From Eledone cirrhosa (Eukaryota), in NCBI GenBank assembly GCA_964016885.1, contig OZ024742.1:32178001-32242000 (forward strand): a DNA stretch of 64,000 nt. The letters are read 5' to 3'. Made by a program: the position numbers and the translations under genes. Below the pieces are notes generated by a model, which did not search any database, had not been told where the DNA came from, and was given only the letters and a program-made list of their open reading frames with translations. Below, in pieces: positions 12,878-27,026 of the stretch. How positions within the stretch are numbered: the first letter of the stretch is position 1; every line of letters starts with the position of its first letter.

Positions 12878-14638
12878 TCAACTAAGTTTTGTTTTTGTGG
12901 TATATTTATCTACGTCAGTTCTACGAATGTTTTCTTGTATAGCTGTCCTTACTGCTTGACTGGAGGAGAAATCATCAACCAGAACGATATTTAGTCTGTA
13001 TTCTTGTTCTCTATCTGACCAATGTCGGATCATAGAGTTGATACCCTTGTATATTACCTCTCCGTTACCTTTAGATGGATCGTCGCCACAAAGATTAGCT
13101 ATTCGGGCCATTTCTAATAGATTTGTGGCTTTACCCTCAAATCCAAAAAGTTTTAGTATAGTTCTATGTTGTAAATGTCCTAAATAAACAGATATTGTTA
13201 TAATCAATAAGTATATCACAGTAATTCTAGCGGCTTTTAATGGACTCCGTCTTTTTAGTCCAGTACAGAAGAATTTCGTAAAGTTCCTGTTTTCTGAAGA
13301 TTGGATTAAACGGTAAAACATTATTGTCAATAGTAAAGAAAGAGCCCAAGCCACGCGTTGGCTTCTTAGAATTCCTCCCAAAATGTTGGGGACATTGTGT
13401 GTTACAAAAGCCGGAGTGATGGCCATTTTGTTAGGAAAATTCCTTTTATATTTCTGCATGATGTCAGAACGATGTGTAAACATACTCCGAGGATTCGTTC
13501 TTCGTTCAAACATTTCCACAGCTGTTTCGTTGTTGACATCGCTCCAGAAATAATCCGGGAAGGCATTCACTAAATCTTTATCTTCCCGAATCAGAACAAT
13601 AACATTACGTCCCGTGGAGATGACACTTAATAAGGTAGGGTTTAAAGAAATGTTCCGTGTAGGGACAAGATTTGGTCCTAAAAGAGATATCAAATATTTA
13701 CCAAGTTTGATCTTTGACTCAACTGGCATTGGTAATTTCTCTTGAAATCCATCACCTGGGACATTTAAGTGAGATATCAAAAGTATAATGATCTCGCCCG
13801 GATTTTCCTTTGCAAAACTAGCAATTTCTTTTAAACCGGATTCAATGCTTTCTCCAGATATTCCATGCCACCAGTAAAATCCTCCATTTGGTAGCAAGGC
13901 AATACGTAAATCAAGACATCGGTAGCCAGCTTTAAGTTGGGCACCCAATCCGTCGTCATGGTTTCGAGCCCACGAGCTGAAATAGTCCCTGAATCCAAGA
14001 CTTAAAGCAACACGTGAAATCCAAAGTTTTTCCACCAAAGTACCATTTGGTGATACAGAAAAAGATGCGCTGTTATGAGTGCCCGGAATAACCAAGTCAC
14101 CCAATCGAGCAGTGTTCAAACGACGCCTCAATAAAGTCATCCACCTTTGAAAACATGTACTTTTCCATCGACCCCAAGAAAATATTGAGTGGTGTTGGGG
14201 GTTTTGTACACCAAGACCACCATATTCATGGACATTGGTATTGAGGTTACTATCTTTAACAATGTTCGAATCAATTGAGTTGATGTAAGATGAAGCGATT
14301 AAAGATGCAGGTTCTCTTCGTTTGGTAAAATCCAGAAGAGACCAGTTTTCGTTGACACAAATATTATTTAAATCCCTTTCACAAGGCACTATATTGTCAT
14401 CCCAGATTTCTAAACAATAACTTGCTGGTTGCTGAGCCAACTGTCTCTGTAAACGCCTTCGCTGTTGTTGGTATTGGTATTGAGAAGATTCCTGAGACTG
14501 TGGCTGTCCATTGTGTGACAAGGGATCGAACTTACTAGCTGCTGGTATAGGAGACGATGTCACACATATGCAACTGTGGTACAATATAATAACCATTATA
14601 ATAATTCTAACGGAAAGCTGTGACTTTCTGTGGCTCAT
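12878..14638 (-). CDS. Phosphatidylinositol-specific phospholipase C X-domain (PLCXD-like) protein, 586 aa, single uninterrupted ORF
   Basis: Motifs LVIPGTHNS, AQLKAGYRCLDLR, WHG, ENPGEIIILLISH and LNIVLVDDF are characteristic of PI-PLC X-only TIM-barrel proteins. Hydrophobic N-terminal signal-like segment. ATG at 14638 and TGA at 12878. Confidence 0.88.
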   Translation of the reverse strand: MSHRKSQLSVRIIIMVIILYHSCICVTSSPIPAASKFDPLSHNGQPQSQESSQYQYQQQRRRLQRQLAQQPASYCLEIWDDNIVPCERDLNNICVNENWSLLDFTKRREPASLIASSYINSIDSNIVKDSNLNTNVHEYGGLGVQNPQHHSIFSWGRWKSTCFQRWMTLLRRRLNTARLGDLVIPGTHNSASFSVSPNGTLVEKLWISRVALSLGFRDYFSSWARNHDDGLGAQLKAGYRCLDLRIALLPNGGFYWWHGISGESIESGLKEIASFAKENPGEIIILLISHLNVPGDGFQEKLPMPVESKIKLGKYLISLLGPNLVPTRNISLNPTLLSVISTGRNVIVLIREDKDLVNAFPDYFWSDVNNETAVEMFERRTNPRSMFTHRSDIMQKYKRNFPNKMAITPAFVTHNVPNILGGILRSQRVAWALSLLLTIMFYRLIQSSENRNFTKFFCTGLKRRSPLKAARITVIYLLIITISVYLGHLQHRTILKLFGFEGKATNLLEMARIANLCGDDPSKGNGEVIYKGINSMIRHWSDREQEYRLNIVLVDDFSSSQAVRTAIQENIRRTDVDKYTTKTKLS

Positions 14639-14995
14639 TAGTCTAGTTAACGGAAGACATGAACAAAGTTTAATACGTGAAATTCAACGTACTTTGAACA
14701 GGTGAAATACATAGACACACCTTCATTTGAAAAGAGAGAAATATTCAGCCAGAATGAAACGTTGGCTATGTTTTGTGTTATTGTTTCTCAAAACAACATA
14801 TTTTCATTGTATTTAAGGCAGACTTCCTTTCTTCAGCATGCTCCTTGTTCTTCGTTATATTCCAAAGATTTTTCAATTAAATTGTTTATGCTAATTAGGA
14901 ATTAAAAAATATATTATATAAATAATTAAAAAGAAAAAAATATTAATTCAGTCCTAATATTTATACCCTGTAGTGGCGACACGTTAGATAAAATG

Positions 14996-15048
<53 letters not shown>

Positions 15049-15480
15049 GTATATGTTTGTACTTATATGTAACTGCATTCACATTTGCTTTTATGTCAAA
15101 AGTTTATACAAATTTTATGAATGCTAACATTTAAAAATCTTTTTAACAACTAAAATATGTTGTAACACTTTTTAAAAGGAAAATCATATATAGAATCAGT
15201 AAGAACAGAACAGAAAAAAAGAAAGAATTCCTCAGGCAAATCTATATAAAGAAATATAAATCAATATTTTCAACCTGAGAGAAAAGTTCAAGCTTCCGTT
15301 CTGGTTCACTTATTTTACCGTGAGAATTTCCCGTGCAAAGCATCCCATATGTTGCTGAATGTGTGATGTTCAGTCGCTTATTACTATTATTATAGTTTGT
15401 ATTTTTCATCTTCCTTCAGTTTTGTTTCCATTTCTTGCCGACTGTCTTCCCGACAGATATAATAATTATTATTATTATTA

Positions 15481-15760
15481 GAGTTCAAATCCCGCCGAGG
15501 TTAACTTTGCCTTTCACCCTTACGGGGGTTGATAAAATAAAGTACCAATAATGCACTGGGGTAATCGCTGGCCTTGTGTCAAAAGTAGAAACAATTATTA
15601 TTAAAGTTCAAATCCCGCTGAGGTTACATTTGTATTTCACCCTTACGTGGGTTGATAAAATAATAAAATAAAGCACCAGTAAAGCACTGGGGTCGATTTA
15701 ATTGATTTTCCTCTTCTCTTCAAATTACTGGCCTTGTGCCAAAAGGTAGAAGCAATTATT
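15481..15760 (+). mobile_element. Two tandem tRNA-derived SINE fragments
   Basis: agttcaaatcccgc(c/t)gaggtta...gataaaataaag(t/c)acca...gcactgggg...ggccttgtg occurs twice. Confidence 0.8.
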
Positions 15761-16095
15761 ATTTTAACATAAGAAATAAAAGGTAACAAGATCCATACCG
15801 GTTATTTAATCCTCCTCTGTAGTATAATGTCATATACATAGAGTCATATATTTATCTGAAGTGAAATAAAACAAAACCAGGATTCCTTTACGTATCATCT
15901 CCTCATCTGAACATGTTTGGTTTTTAGGGGGTATTTTTTTAGAGTTGAATAATCTCAGCTGATTGAAGTGTTTCCCTGTCTACTGTATTAAGTAAGATAT
16001 TTGTGTGTGTGTTTGTTTGTGTACACAGATAGTTCGAGCTCCTCGTTTGTGTGTCTGTCTGCTTGTGTTCATAGATAGAGCTCCTCGTTGTGTCA

Positions 16096-16135
<40 letters not shown>

Positions 16136-16406
16136 ATGTAATGTAATATAATGTCTGCGGTAGGGAAACCGGGAATCCCACAAATCAAAGTAGTACTCAA
16201 TACTTTGTATGATGCAGAGTGGGCATATTAGTGAAATAGAGGATCAACCGCGAGTGTATATATAAATATATATATAGATATCTAGTAAATATATATGTAT
16301 AGATATATAGTGTGCATGTATATATAGATACATATAAACTGTACATATATATATAGATACATATAAACTGTACATATATATATATGTGTGTGTGTATATA
16401 TATATA

Positions 16407-16455
<49 letters not shown>

Positions 16456-16491
16456 ATATATATATAGTGTGTGTGTGTATATATATATATA

Positions 16492-16522
<31 letters not shown>

Positions 16523-16548
16523 GTGTGTGTGTGTGTATATATATATGT

Positions 16549-16610
<62 letters not shown>

Positions 16611-17074
16611 TGTGTGTGTGTATATAATCCAAGTATAGTTATGTCTAAATACAGACAGACGAAACTCTTGTATTTACAACATCCAATATTATGTCAACGA
16701 AACACTTCTACGTTTCTTTCTTCTTTTCTTTCATTCACTCTCTGATCTTTCTTTTGATTTTCTCAGACATAAACAAATGGTGGCTTTTCGTTTATAGAAG
16801 ACCTTCCTTTCATTTATTTTCGTTTGGGGCCCCTTTTAGATATTTTTTCGCCCCCTTTTTTGCTCAGTCCTTACTCTTGTGTAAATTCACTTGCGTATTC
16901 GTCTTTTTCGATCGGAATTTTTGTTGTTAAATAGTAGATATAGCAATAGACTTCCCTCACCAAAATCGGTTTTCAACTTACTCGACATATTTTAGCTGAC
17001 TGTGAAGAGTTTGTTGTTCGTTCGTCTGTTATATCGTACACACCACAAGCAGCCGACTAACAACAACGGGGGAA

Positions 17075-18160
17075 ACACCATCATCATCACATTCAAACTG
17101 CTACCACCACCACCATTATTAAAGCTACTGCCACCACTACCATTATTAAAGCTGCCACCACCATTATTTAAACTGCCGCCACCGCCGCCACCTACGGCAT
17201 CCAATCATTATCATGATACTGTTCCACCCCGCATTACATCAGAGACATATCTATTAGTGCCATCACCACCACCACCATCACCACCACCACCACCTTCACC
17301 ATCACCGCCACCAATACAACCATCATCACCACTACCACCATCAACACCACCACCACCATCATCACCACTACCACCACCACCACCGCCATTATCCCTACTA
17401 CCACCATCCTAACCAATACGGGCCCCCACTACTCTCATTATTACCACTGCCCCTCCCCCTCTCACCCGTACATTACATCAACCACAACCATCTTCACTAC
17501 TACTACTACTAATACTACTACTACTACCATTATCTCAATTACTGTTACCATCATCATCAGCATCATCAGCATCATGCTACACCCCCACTACCACACACAT
17601 TGCATTAACAACAACTAACTCCATTAGTACAACTGCTCGCGCCAACACCCCCACCCCACCACCATCACCACAGGCACACACCTCCACCCCAGAACCACCA
17701 CCACACCACCACCACCACAAGCACCCCCACCACAATCACCACCACCCCACCACAATCACCACAGGCACACACCTCCACCCCAGAACCACCACCCCACCAC
17801 AAGCACCCCCACCACCATCACCACCACCACCACCCCACCACCATCACCACAGGCACTCCCACCACCACCACCACCATCACTCCCAAAGGCGCCACCGCCA
17901 CCACCACAGACACCCCCACCACCATCGGCACCACCACTACCACCACCAAAGCACCCCCCCCACCACCACCACCAAAGCAGCACCACCCCACCACAATCAC
18001 CATAGGCACCCCCACCACTAGCTCAACCTCCACCACCACCACTACCACCACCATTTCCACTACCACTATCACATGCACCGCCACCACCACCTAATACCAC
18101 CACCATCACCACCACCACCACTATTTCCACCACCACCCCAGGCACCACCACCATCGCCAT
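17075..18160. repeat. CCA/CAC-rich low-complexity tract
   Basis: Degenerate (CCA)n. Confidence 0.85.
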
Positions 18161-18420
18161 CTCTTACCGACCCCACTGTTAGTCTCAACCACTAACACAG
18201 TCTCCTCTCACTACCCCTCCCGCTAACATAACTTGCCTGCTACCACTATAATGAAAGGCAAAAACACCGCCTCTTAGAATCTCTCTCCCCACCCCCTCAC
18301 TCTCACCTTTCCTACAGAACCACTTATAACATCTATGTATTGGAGTTTTATGCACGGCACGCGTACATAATATATATGTATATACATACATATTTATATA
18401 TATATATATATATGTGTGTG

Positions 18421-18507
<87 letters not shown>

Positions 18508-18522
18508 ATATATATATATACA

Positions 18523-19990
18523 ATGATATTAAATAAATGGAAACTATATTTATAAAACCATATTTATTTTATTATATATATTTCAAGGGTAACCAAGACA
18601 ACATTGGTACGCTTTCATCAGATAAAATACAAAGTTTGTTTTATAAATAGAGACATACCCATGAAAATCATACCTTATCGGTTGGAAATTCCCTGGATAG
18701 TGGAAATATATTATGGATTATTCAAACTTATGTGTGAATATGCAAATGAATATGTAAATAATTTAAAAACAACCGTTTATTTAAATGACACTGGCGAAAG
18801 AGAAAGAGAGAGAGAGAAAAAAATATTACGAGAGAGATAGAGAGAAGAAATTAAAACAAGAGGATGAATAAAACTCATATAACGTTAATTTTGGGGAATA
18901 TATTCAATGGTACGTATTTATGATTAATTAGTTGTTAAAATTATTTTCTAATATAATATTTACTGTTATAAGTAGATAGAAAAATAAATAGATAGAAGAA
19001 TAGATTTGAAAAATAAATAAATAAATAAATAAAACAAATAAATAAATAAATAACTGGATAAATGGATAAATAGATAAATAAATTAATAGATGGGTATATC
19101 GTGTTATAGATAATTGTTTTAATGAGTTATGAGGGATATTGGTTTTGTATTTAATATAAGTAAATATTAAGTTAAATTAAATTAAGTTAACTGAGTTAAT
19201 AAGAATATTTATATTTATATATTTTAAAATGGGAAGATACGGAAAAAACTCCAGTTTTGTTTATTTATTCGTTAGTATGAGACTATTTTGTCAAAATAAG
19301 TATAAATGTTAAAGATATATTTAGCCAGAATTAGTTAGTGTTTATAAATCTAATAAAAGATATTGAAAAATATTAAAAGTTCGGGAAAATTAAAAAAAAA
19401 TAATAATTTATAAGAGATAAGTAATTTAAAAAAAAAAAAAGTAATTTTTAAAAATAGATAAAAAATTATTAAGATTAAAATTACAATTAAAATTAAAATT
19501 TAAATTAAAATTAAAATTAAAATTTAAAAAATTAGAATTATATATGTATATATTTTAAGAAACTTTAAGAAGTGAAATTATAGCAAATGTTATAGATATG
19601 ATTTAGAGATATCAATATATTAAAACCAAAGGGATAAGATTGTTATGGAAATAAGTGGAAATATTATAAGTGTAATTATAATTTATATATAGTTCTAAAT
19701 GTTGAATTCAGGCGATGTCTACAAGAACTAAATAAATTCGTCCTTATATTAATAGAGTTCTTACATTTAAGTATGTAAAAAATTTCCTCAACACACAATT
19801 TGCAAAATGTAGATAAAGTTGTGTTTCAGTATGCAGATGCTTTCGAAACTATTTTCCAAGTTAAAGAATAGTCCATATTCTTGCATTTTAAGTTCCATAT
19901 CAGGTTGGAAAGAGAAGTTGAAGATTTTTTATCAAATCTTTGGAAAGAGCATTTGTGATTATTCCAGCGACTTTTAAATTCATTTTACCC
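18523..19990 (-). mobile_element. 3' remnant of a Penelope-like element (GIY-YIG C-terminus, long AT-rich 3' region and hammerhead)
   Basis: The minus strand at ~19985-19700 reads EFKSRWNNHKCSF..STSLSNLIWNLK..WKIVSKASAY*..CKLCVEE..LFSSCRH, homologous to 7498-7842. Confidence 0.8.
18565..18629 (-). ncRNA. Type I hammerhead ribozyme
   Basis: tattttat-CTGATGA-aag..accaa tgttgtc ttggt..ctt-GAAA-tatata-TA-ataaaata. Confidence 0.8.
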
Positions 19991-19994
19991 CCTC

Positions 19995-20738
<744 letters not shown>

Positions 20739-20768
20739 ATATATATATAAAAGTCCTTTAATGATAAT

Positions 20769-20842
20769 GCTGTGATACATATTTCAATGGCGACAGTGGC
20801 CACACTGTTCCGAGCGCCAGAGCCACGACATCGTCAGACAGC
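20769..20842 (-). ncRNA. Type I hammerhead
   Basis: gctgt-CTGACGA-[stem II]-GAAA-tatgta-TC-acagc. Confidence 0.75.
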
Positions 20843-20972
20843 TTGTTACATAATAAGGTTATGTTTACGAGGCAATCCAAATTGAGCGAAGAACCCAAGA
20901 GCACACGCTTCGTCCGTTCCCATGTCGACTCAATTTGGATTGCCTCGGAAACATAACCTTATTATGTAACAA

Positions 20973-21046
20973 GCTGTCTGACGATGTCGTGGCTCTGGCG
21001 CACGGAACAGTGTGGCCACTGTCGCCATTGAAATATGTATCACATC
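20973..21046 (+). ncRNA. Type I hammerhead (one stem I mismatch)
   Basis: gctgt-CTGACGA-...-GAAA-tatgta-TC-acatc. Confidence 0.7.
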
Positions 21047-21173
21047 ATTATTATTAAAGGACTTTAACATCGGAAAGTATTTCGCTTTTTCTTATTAGAT
21101 ATTTACTCCGGCACCTCTATGTGGAATAAGTACGTTGAGTGCTAGAATTGAATTGCATCAATATTTACCTTAA

Positions 21174-21322
<149 letters not shown>

Positions 21323-21489
21323 GTAGAAGGAGCAACGTGAAATAAAATGTCCTTGAGCAAGACACTTTATTTCACATTGCTCCTTCTACCTGGGGTTGCG
21401 ACCAATAAATAGTATTAGCAATTGGAAAGACCCATGGAAACATTGTTTCCTCGGTCCGATTTGACGAAAGTCGATCGACTGGCGATATA

Positions 21490-21543
<54 letters not shown>

Positions 21544-21693
21544 AAAATGTTTAACCCTGACGGCAGAGCTAAAGCCGTTTCGACAGGTACTTCTGGACTC
21601 CAGAAATAGCCGTCGAAACTGCTTGAGCTCTGCCGTCTGCGTTATGGTCCATCTGGTTCCTTACCTCATCTCGTTCATTATATATATATATAT

Positions 21694-21951
21694 ATGAAAA
21701 TATAGAAATTAGTGTGAGCTAGAAGCCAACAGTATTTCATAATATGTAAGTGACTATAACGTCAAAATGGAAAATAATTAACGTAAGATGTGGGAAAATA
21801 ATTCAAACTCAATTAAAAAAAAATCAAGACAGAGATTTCATCCACAGATTTTGTGAAATCCAGGGAAAAAACGAATAGAGTCTTAACTCAGAATAAAATA
21901 AAGTTTAAATACTCATCGTTCAATTTTGAAAAACTACAAATACTCTATATA

Positions 21952-21956
<5 letters not shown>
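21694..21956 (-). mobile_element. Truncated copy of the HHR-bearing element at 53957-54440
   Basis: The reverse complement matches ~54178-54440. Confidence 0.8.
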
Positions 21957-22043
<87 letters not shown>

Positions 22044-22211
22044 ATAATAATAATAAATTTGAAGACTAAAATCCAAAGAGGGCTCGATAAGGATAAATAT
22101 ATATCAAATATATAAGAACCCTAGAGCAAATATTTATTAAAATAACAGATTAAAGTTTAAGCAAAGGATCGCTGCTTTCACCCTTAACGGGATCTTCTGA
22201 AACTAACAAAG

Positions 22212-23460
22212 TCAATCTGTAAACGCAGAAGTGAATATTTCAAAAAACGTTGCAACCGGAGGAAGACAGGAAGACGATACTTTGGTTCGTGGAAACGTTC
22301 CCTGGCAAAGAACGGGAAAAAACGAATATAATACGTCATTATTTGGAGCGGTGAAAAACAATTACACGCAAAGACAGAACCACGTTTATGGTATAAAAGA
22401 AATCGTAGACTAATATTCTCTTAGGTGGTTCATAGAGACGTTCTCTGGCAATGAACGGAAAAAACGAAGATAATACGTCATATGTGAAGCGTGGAAAACA
22501 ATTGCACGCAAAGACAAAACCACGTAAATGGTATAACTGAAGTCGTAGACTAAGATTCTAAGGACAAACGTAGCCCATGTGTCAAGTTTTGTGAAAATCG
22601 GTTGCGAACTCCAGAAGTTATGACGTTTTGTTGCATTGCACTGCAGTGCTTCAGTCGACTCCAAGAAAGTGGTTAAAGGGGTTATCTGCCGGGAGGCCCT
22701 ATAATCAATATCTGTAAAAATGAAAGTGCCTATGACCATCCGGAGTACATAAGTAACCTATGTCTTAAGTTTGGTGAAAATACTGTAGAAATGCATAAGG
22801 TTTATACACGCACGCGCTCGTGTGTGTGTGTGTGTGTTTGTGTGTGTGTGTTTCTGTGTGTGGGGGGGGTATGTATTTGTGTGTGCGTATGTATGTGTAT
22901 GTCCGTCGGGGCATACGTATGTACTGGCCTAAATCTTCACTATTTACTTTTACTATTTTAATAACCTCTGTCATTTTCGTTTTCAATTTTATTTACATCA
23001 TTCTTAAACTCCGGGGCTGGAAATCATTCTGTTATGTTAAATAGAATATTAGTCTAACGACTCCATTTATACCATAAACTTGGTCTTGTCTTTGCATGAA
23101 ATTGTTCTTCACGCTCCACATAACGACGTATTATCCTCGCTTTTTTTTTTCGTTCATTGCCAGGGAACGTCTTCACGAACCAAAATATCGTCTTCCTGTT
23201 TTCGTTCGGTTGAAACGTTTCTCGAAATATTTACTTCTGCGTTCACAGATTACTCTCAGTTCAATTTGAATGGGAAATTCCTGTTTCATCGATTTTCTCC
23301 GTAACCATGGAAGCTTGTACCCTAAAAGTCGACCCAACGCCTCCTCGGCTCATTCTGCATAACTGTGTAAATTTTCGCTGCATTCCACCAAGCTGTTTCG
23401 ACGTTTATCCGACTACACCTACTTACTTAAATATACAACGTCCGACCACTTCCAATTTAT
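22212..23460. mobile_element. Non-autonomous DNA element remnants (Helentron/MITE-like): ~200-bp inverted pair (~22212-22416 vs ~23046-23252) plus an internal direct duplication
   Basis: aatctgtaaacgcagaagtgaatatttc...gtagactaatatt has a diverged reverse-complement copy. ~22280-22415 resembles ~22425-22557. The family assignment is a guess. Confidence 0.5.
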
Positions 23461-23464
23461 GTAG

Positions 23465-23608
<144 letters not shown>

Positions 23609-23882
23609 TTTAGCAGAGGATAATAAAAAAACAAACTTTATTTAACTGTGATTATCATCAGAAACAAACTAAAAGATTATACATTGACCTGGAAAGAGGA
23701 ATCCTTAGAACTGACCGACTGTTGGTGGGCCTTATTGTTATTTTAAGGCTGTTTCTTTCTATGTCAATATCTTTCTGATGATATACAGCGTTTTATAATG
23801 TTTTCTTATCTTCTACTTAATTGAGCATAACATTCATTAAATATTATATATTGAAACATATGTAAATGGGATAGACAAAAGT

Positions 23883-23913
<31 letters not shown>

Positions 23914-24116
23914 TGTTGAACCATTTACATATATATATACATACACCCAGTATTATGTGTATGTGTGTGTGTGTTATGTATGTATACGTGTGTGGAAGTT
24001 GCTCTCTCTCTCTCTCTTTCTCTCTCCCTCTCTCTCCCCTTCTCCCTCCTCTCTCTCTCTATATATATATATATATATGTGCGTGCATATAATATGTATG
24101 TGTATGTATATATATA

Positions 24117-24178
<62 letters not shown>

Positions 24179-24187
24179 TATATATAT

Positions 24188-24267
<80 letters not shown>

Positions 24268-24427
24268 ATATAATATGTATGTGCGTGTGTATATATATAT
24301 ATACATATATATTCTTTTTTTAGCGGCATGAGTATGAGACGCGCTAGGCACTGCGACATGTGCGTTTATATCAGCATATCGTTCAGTCTTCTTAGATCCT
24401 TTGAAGTGAAAGGTACGAATTTTCCTG

Positions 24428-24506
24428 GATACCCGCAGAAGAGCACAGGGATTATGGCTTTCACTTAATAATTCTTACGAAACAGATTTAGGTCTGTCCG
24501 GGTATC
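24428..24506 (+). ncRNA. Type I hammerhead with a U4-to-A core substitution
   Basis: gatacccg-CAGAAGA-g...c-GAAA-cagat ttag gtctg-TC-cgggtatc. Perfect 8-bp stem I, 5-bp stem III and GUC triplet. Confidence 0.7.
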
Positions 24507-24757
24507 AAAGGCTATTGCCCGATATAGGTTTGTTATTTTTATTGATTTATTACTTTAAATCAAGTCAGGCAAACCATATTGTTTTAAATTAGTATTTTTC
24601 AACCTAGTTAACTTGGTCATTTGTAATTCGAACACATGTATACTTGTATCGGTATTCATCCCTCTCATATATTCAATTGTATTACACGGCTCAGAAAGAT
24701 TCCCTTCTTTGAGCTATTTAATTGTAAAAGACTATTTTGAGTTTCTAACTCAATCTA

Positions 24758-24827
<70 letters not shown>

Positions 24828-24904
24828 TCGGGATACATTTACAGCTGACGATGGAAATTCCTTTCTCCTCCTGTTCCGTCCTAACCACCATCCTAAACCC
24901 TATA

Positions 24905-25311
24905 TATATATTCTCTTTCGTCTACGATTTCACAGAACTTATGTTTACCGAATTCGCAGACCAGACCCCTTCTTCCTCCCGTTAGACCTGTGCGAAATTC
25001 CTTCCGTGCTCACATTTCAACCAGGTTTGATGGTCTTTATTCTCTCGTTCACGATTTCACCGAACTTAAATTCATAGAAATCTGGGACTTGTCTCCTTCT
25101 TCCTCACTTTCTGTTGCCTCACCATTTTGTTTGTTTACCCTCGCGTCCCCTTTATTTACGTGTCCCAACGACTTTTTTTAGCCGTTGCTCGCACCAACCG
25201 GAGGTATATGGTCTTTAAAGCGATGAAATGCCTATGATAGTTGGAAGATCACTGATGAAGGACAAACTTTTTTCATATGTAACCCATTTGCAACTCCGCA
25301 GCGCCCTTATT

Positions 25312-25316
<5 letters not shown>
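24905..25316 (+). mobile_element. Permuted-hammerhead element, copy 2 (ribozyme motif 25194-25259)
   Basis: ccaacc gga ggta-TA-tggtctt taaagcgat-GAAA-tgcc tatgata gttgg aagatca-CTGATGA. Confidence 0.8.
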
Positions 25317-25367
<51 letters not shown>

Positions 25368-25948
25368 AGTAAAGCATGTCCAAAGAATTATTTGATAATA
25401 TATATACATCATCTCTACTCCCAATGAGCATAATTAACCACACAAAAAATCAATTAGACCAGGCATCTATGAAGAAATAGTAAATATATACGCTACTGTG
25501 ACGTCTTCGCGTGCAACCGCTATAGAATATTTACCAACATTTCAACACACGTGGAAATTATTTAAATATACGGTCAACCATACATAATTAGGTAAAAATT
25601 AATGTTAGAAATGCTTATATACATACCAGGTACCAGGATTAAATCACTAAATCCCTATATATATATAATTTTCCACGCAATACTTTTAGTTAGCACCCCG
25701 AACTCATAATTGGGAATATAATCACTTATTTCCTAATGTTTGTTGAGGGAGTTGGAATTTGGCCGGAGTATCGCTAAAAAGCTTTCTCCGATATTGTATT
25801 TATATATATATATATATGTATATATATATGAGTGTGTGTGTGTGTTAGGATTAAACCAGTATTAAACTAGGTGGACCATTATTCCACAGAGTACTCGATA
25901 CCTGGGATAGTAGAGTGTGACTATATCTGGAATTAGCTGTCGAAACCT

Positions 25949-26540
25949 AGTGGTGGTGGTGGCAGTTGTAGTAGTACAGGTGGTGGTAGTATAGGTAGTG
26001 GTTGTGGTAATGGTGATAGTGGTAGTAGTACAGGTGGTGGTAGTGGTAATAGTATTATAGGTGGTGGTAGTGGTAGTAGTAGTATAGGTGGTGACTGTGG
26101 TGGTAGTACAGGTGGTGGTAGTGGTAGTAGTAGTAGTATGGGTGGTGGTAGTGGTAGTAGTACAGGTGGTGGTAGTGGGGGTAGTGATATTTGTAGTAAT
26201 TTTGGTGATGGTGGTAGTAGTAGTAGTACAGGTGGTGGTAGTAGTATAGGTGGTGGTAGTATAGGTGGTGATTGTGGTGTAGTACAGGTGGTGTTGATCA
26301 CGATTATGGTACCGTAGGCCTCCAAGATTTACAAGGCAGAGCAAGACTGGTATCTGTCTCCGAGGGTGATGAGGACAGATACCAGTCAAAATTCATGAGG
26401 GCTGAGGAATTTGTTCATTAGGGTGGGAGAATGGCCATTAGACACGGCCTTCCCGTTGGCATTCCCCTGTCTTCTTATTATACACCCAGATGGTACTACC
26501 ACTACTACTACTACTAGTACCACCACCACCATCATCATCG

Positions 26541-26586
<46 letters not shown>

Positions 26587-26751
26587 CACCGCCATCATCA
26601 CTACTACTACTATAACTACTACTACTACCACCACCACCGCCATCATCATCACTACTACTACTACTACCACCATCATCATCATTACTACTACTACTACTAC
26701 CACCACCACCATCATCATCACTACTACTACTACTACCACCACCATCATCAT

Positions 26752-26783
<32 letters not shown>

Positions 26784-26805
26784 GTACCACCACCACCATC
26801 ATCAT

Positions 26806-26837
<32 letters not shown>

Positions 26838-26859
26838 GTACCACCACCACCATCATCAT

Positions 26860-26895
<36 letters not shown>

Positions 26896-26948
26896 CATCA
26901 TCATTACTACTATTACTATTACTACTACTACCACCACCATCATCACTT

Positions 26949-26996
<48 letters not shown>

Positions 26997-27026
26997 TCAT
27001 CATCATCACTTCTACTACTACTACTA
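25949..27026. repeat. GGT/AGT and ACT/ACC/ATC trinucleotide tracts in opposite orientation around a ~200-bp unique spacer
   Basis: Visible degenerate triplet repeats. Confidence 0.85.

Noticed and set aside
23772-23867. Hammerhead-like motifs at 23772-23867, 27028-27065 (-), ~15225-15360 (-), ~24840-24860 and ~25530-25600 (-)
   Set aside because: The core or stem I is too degenerate or incomplete to call individually.
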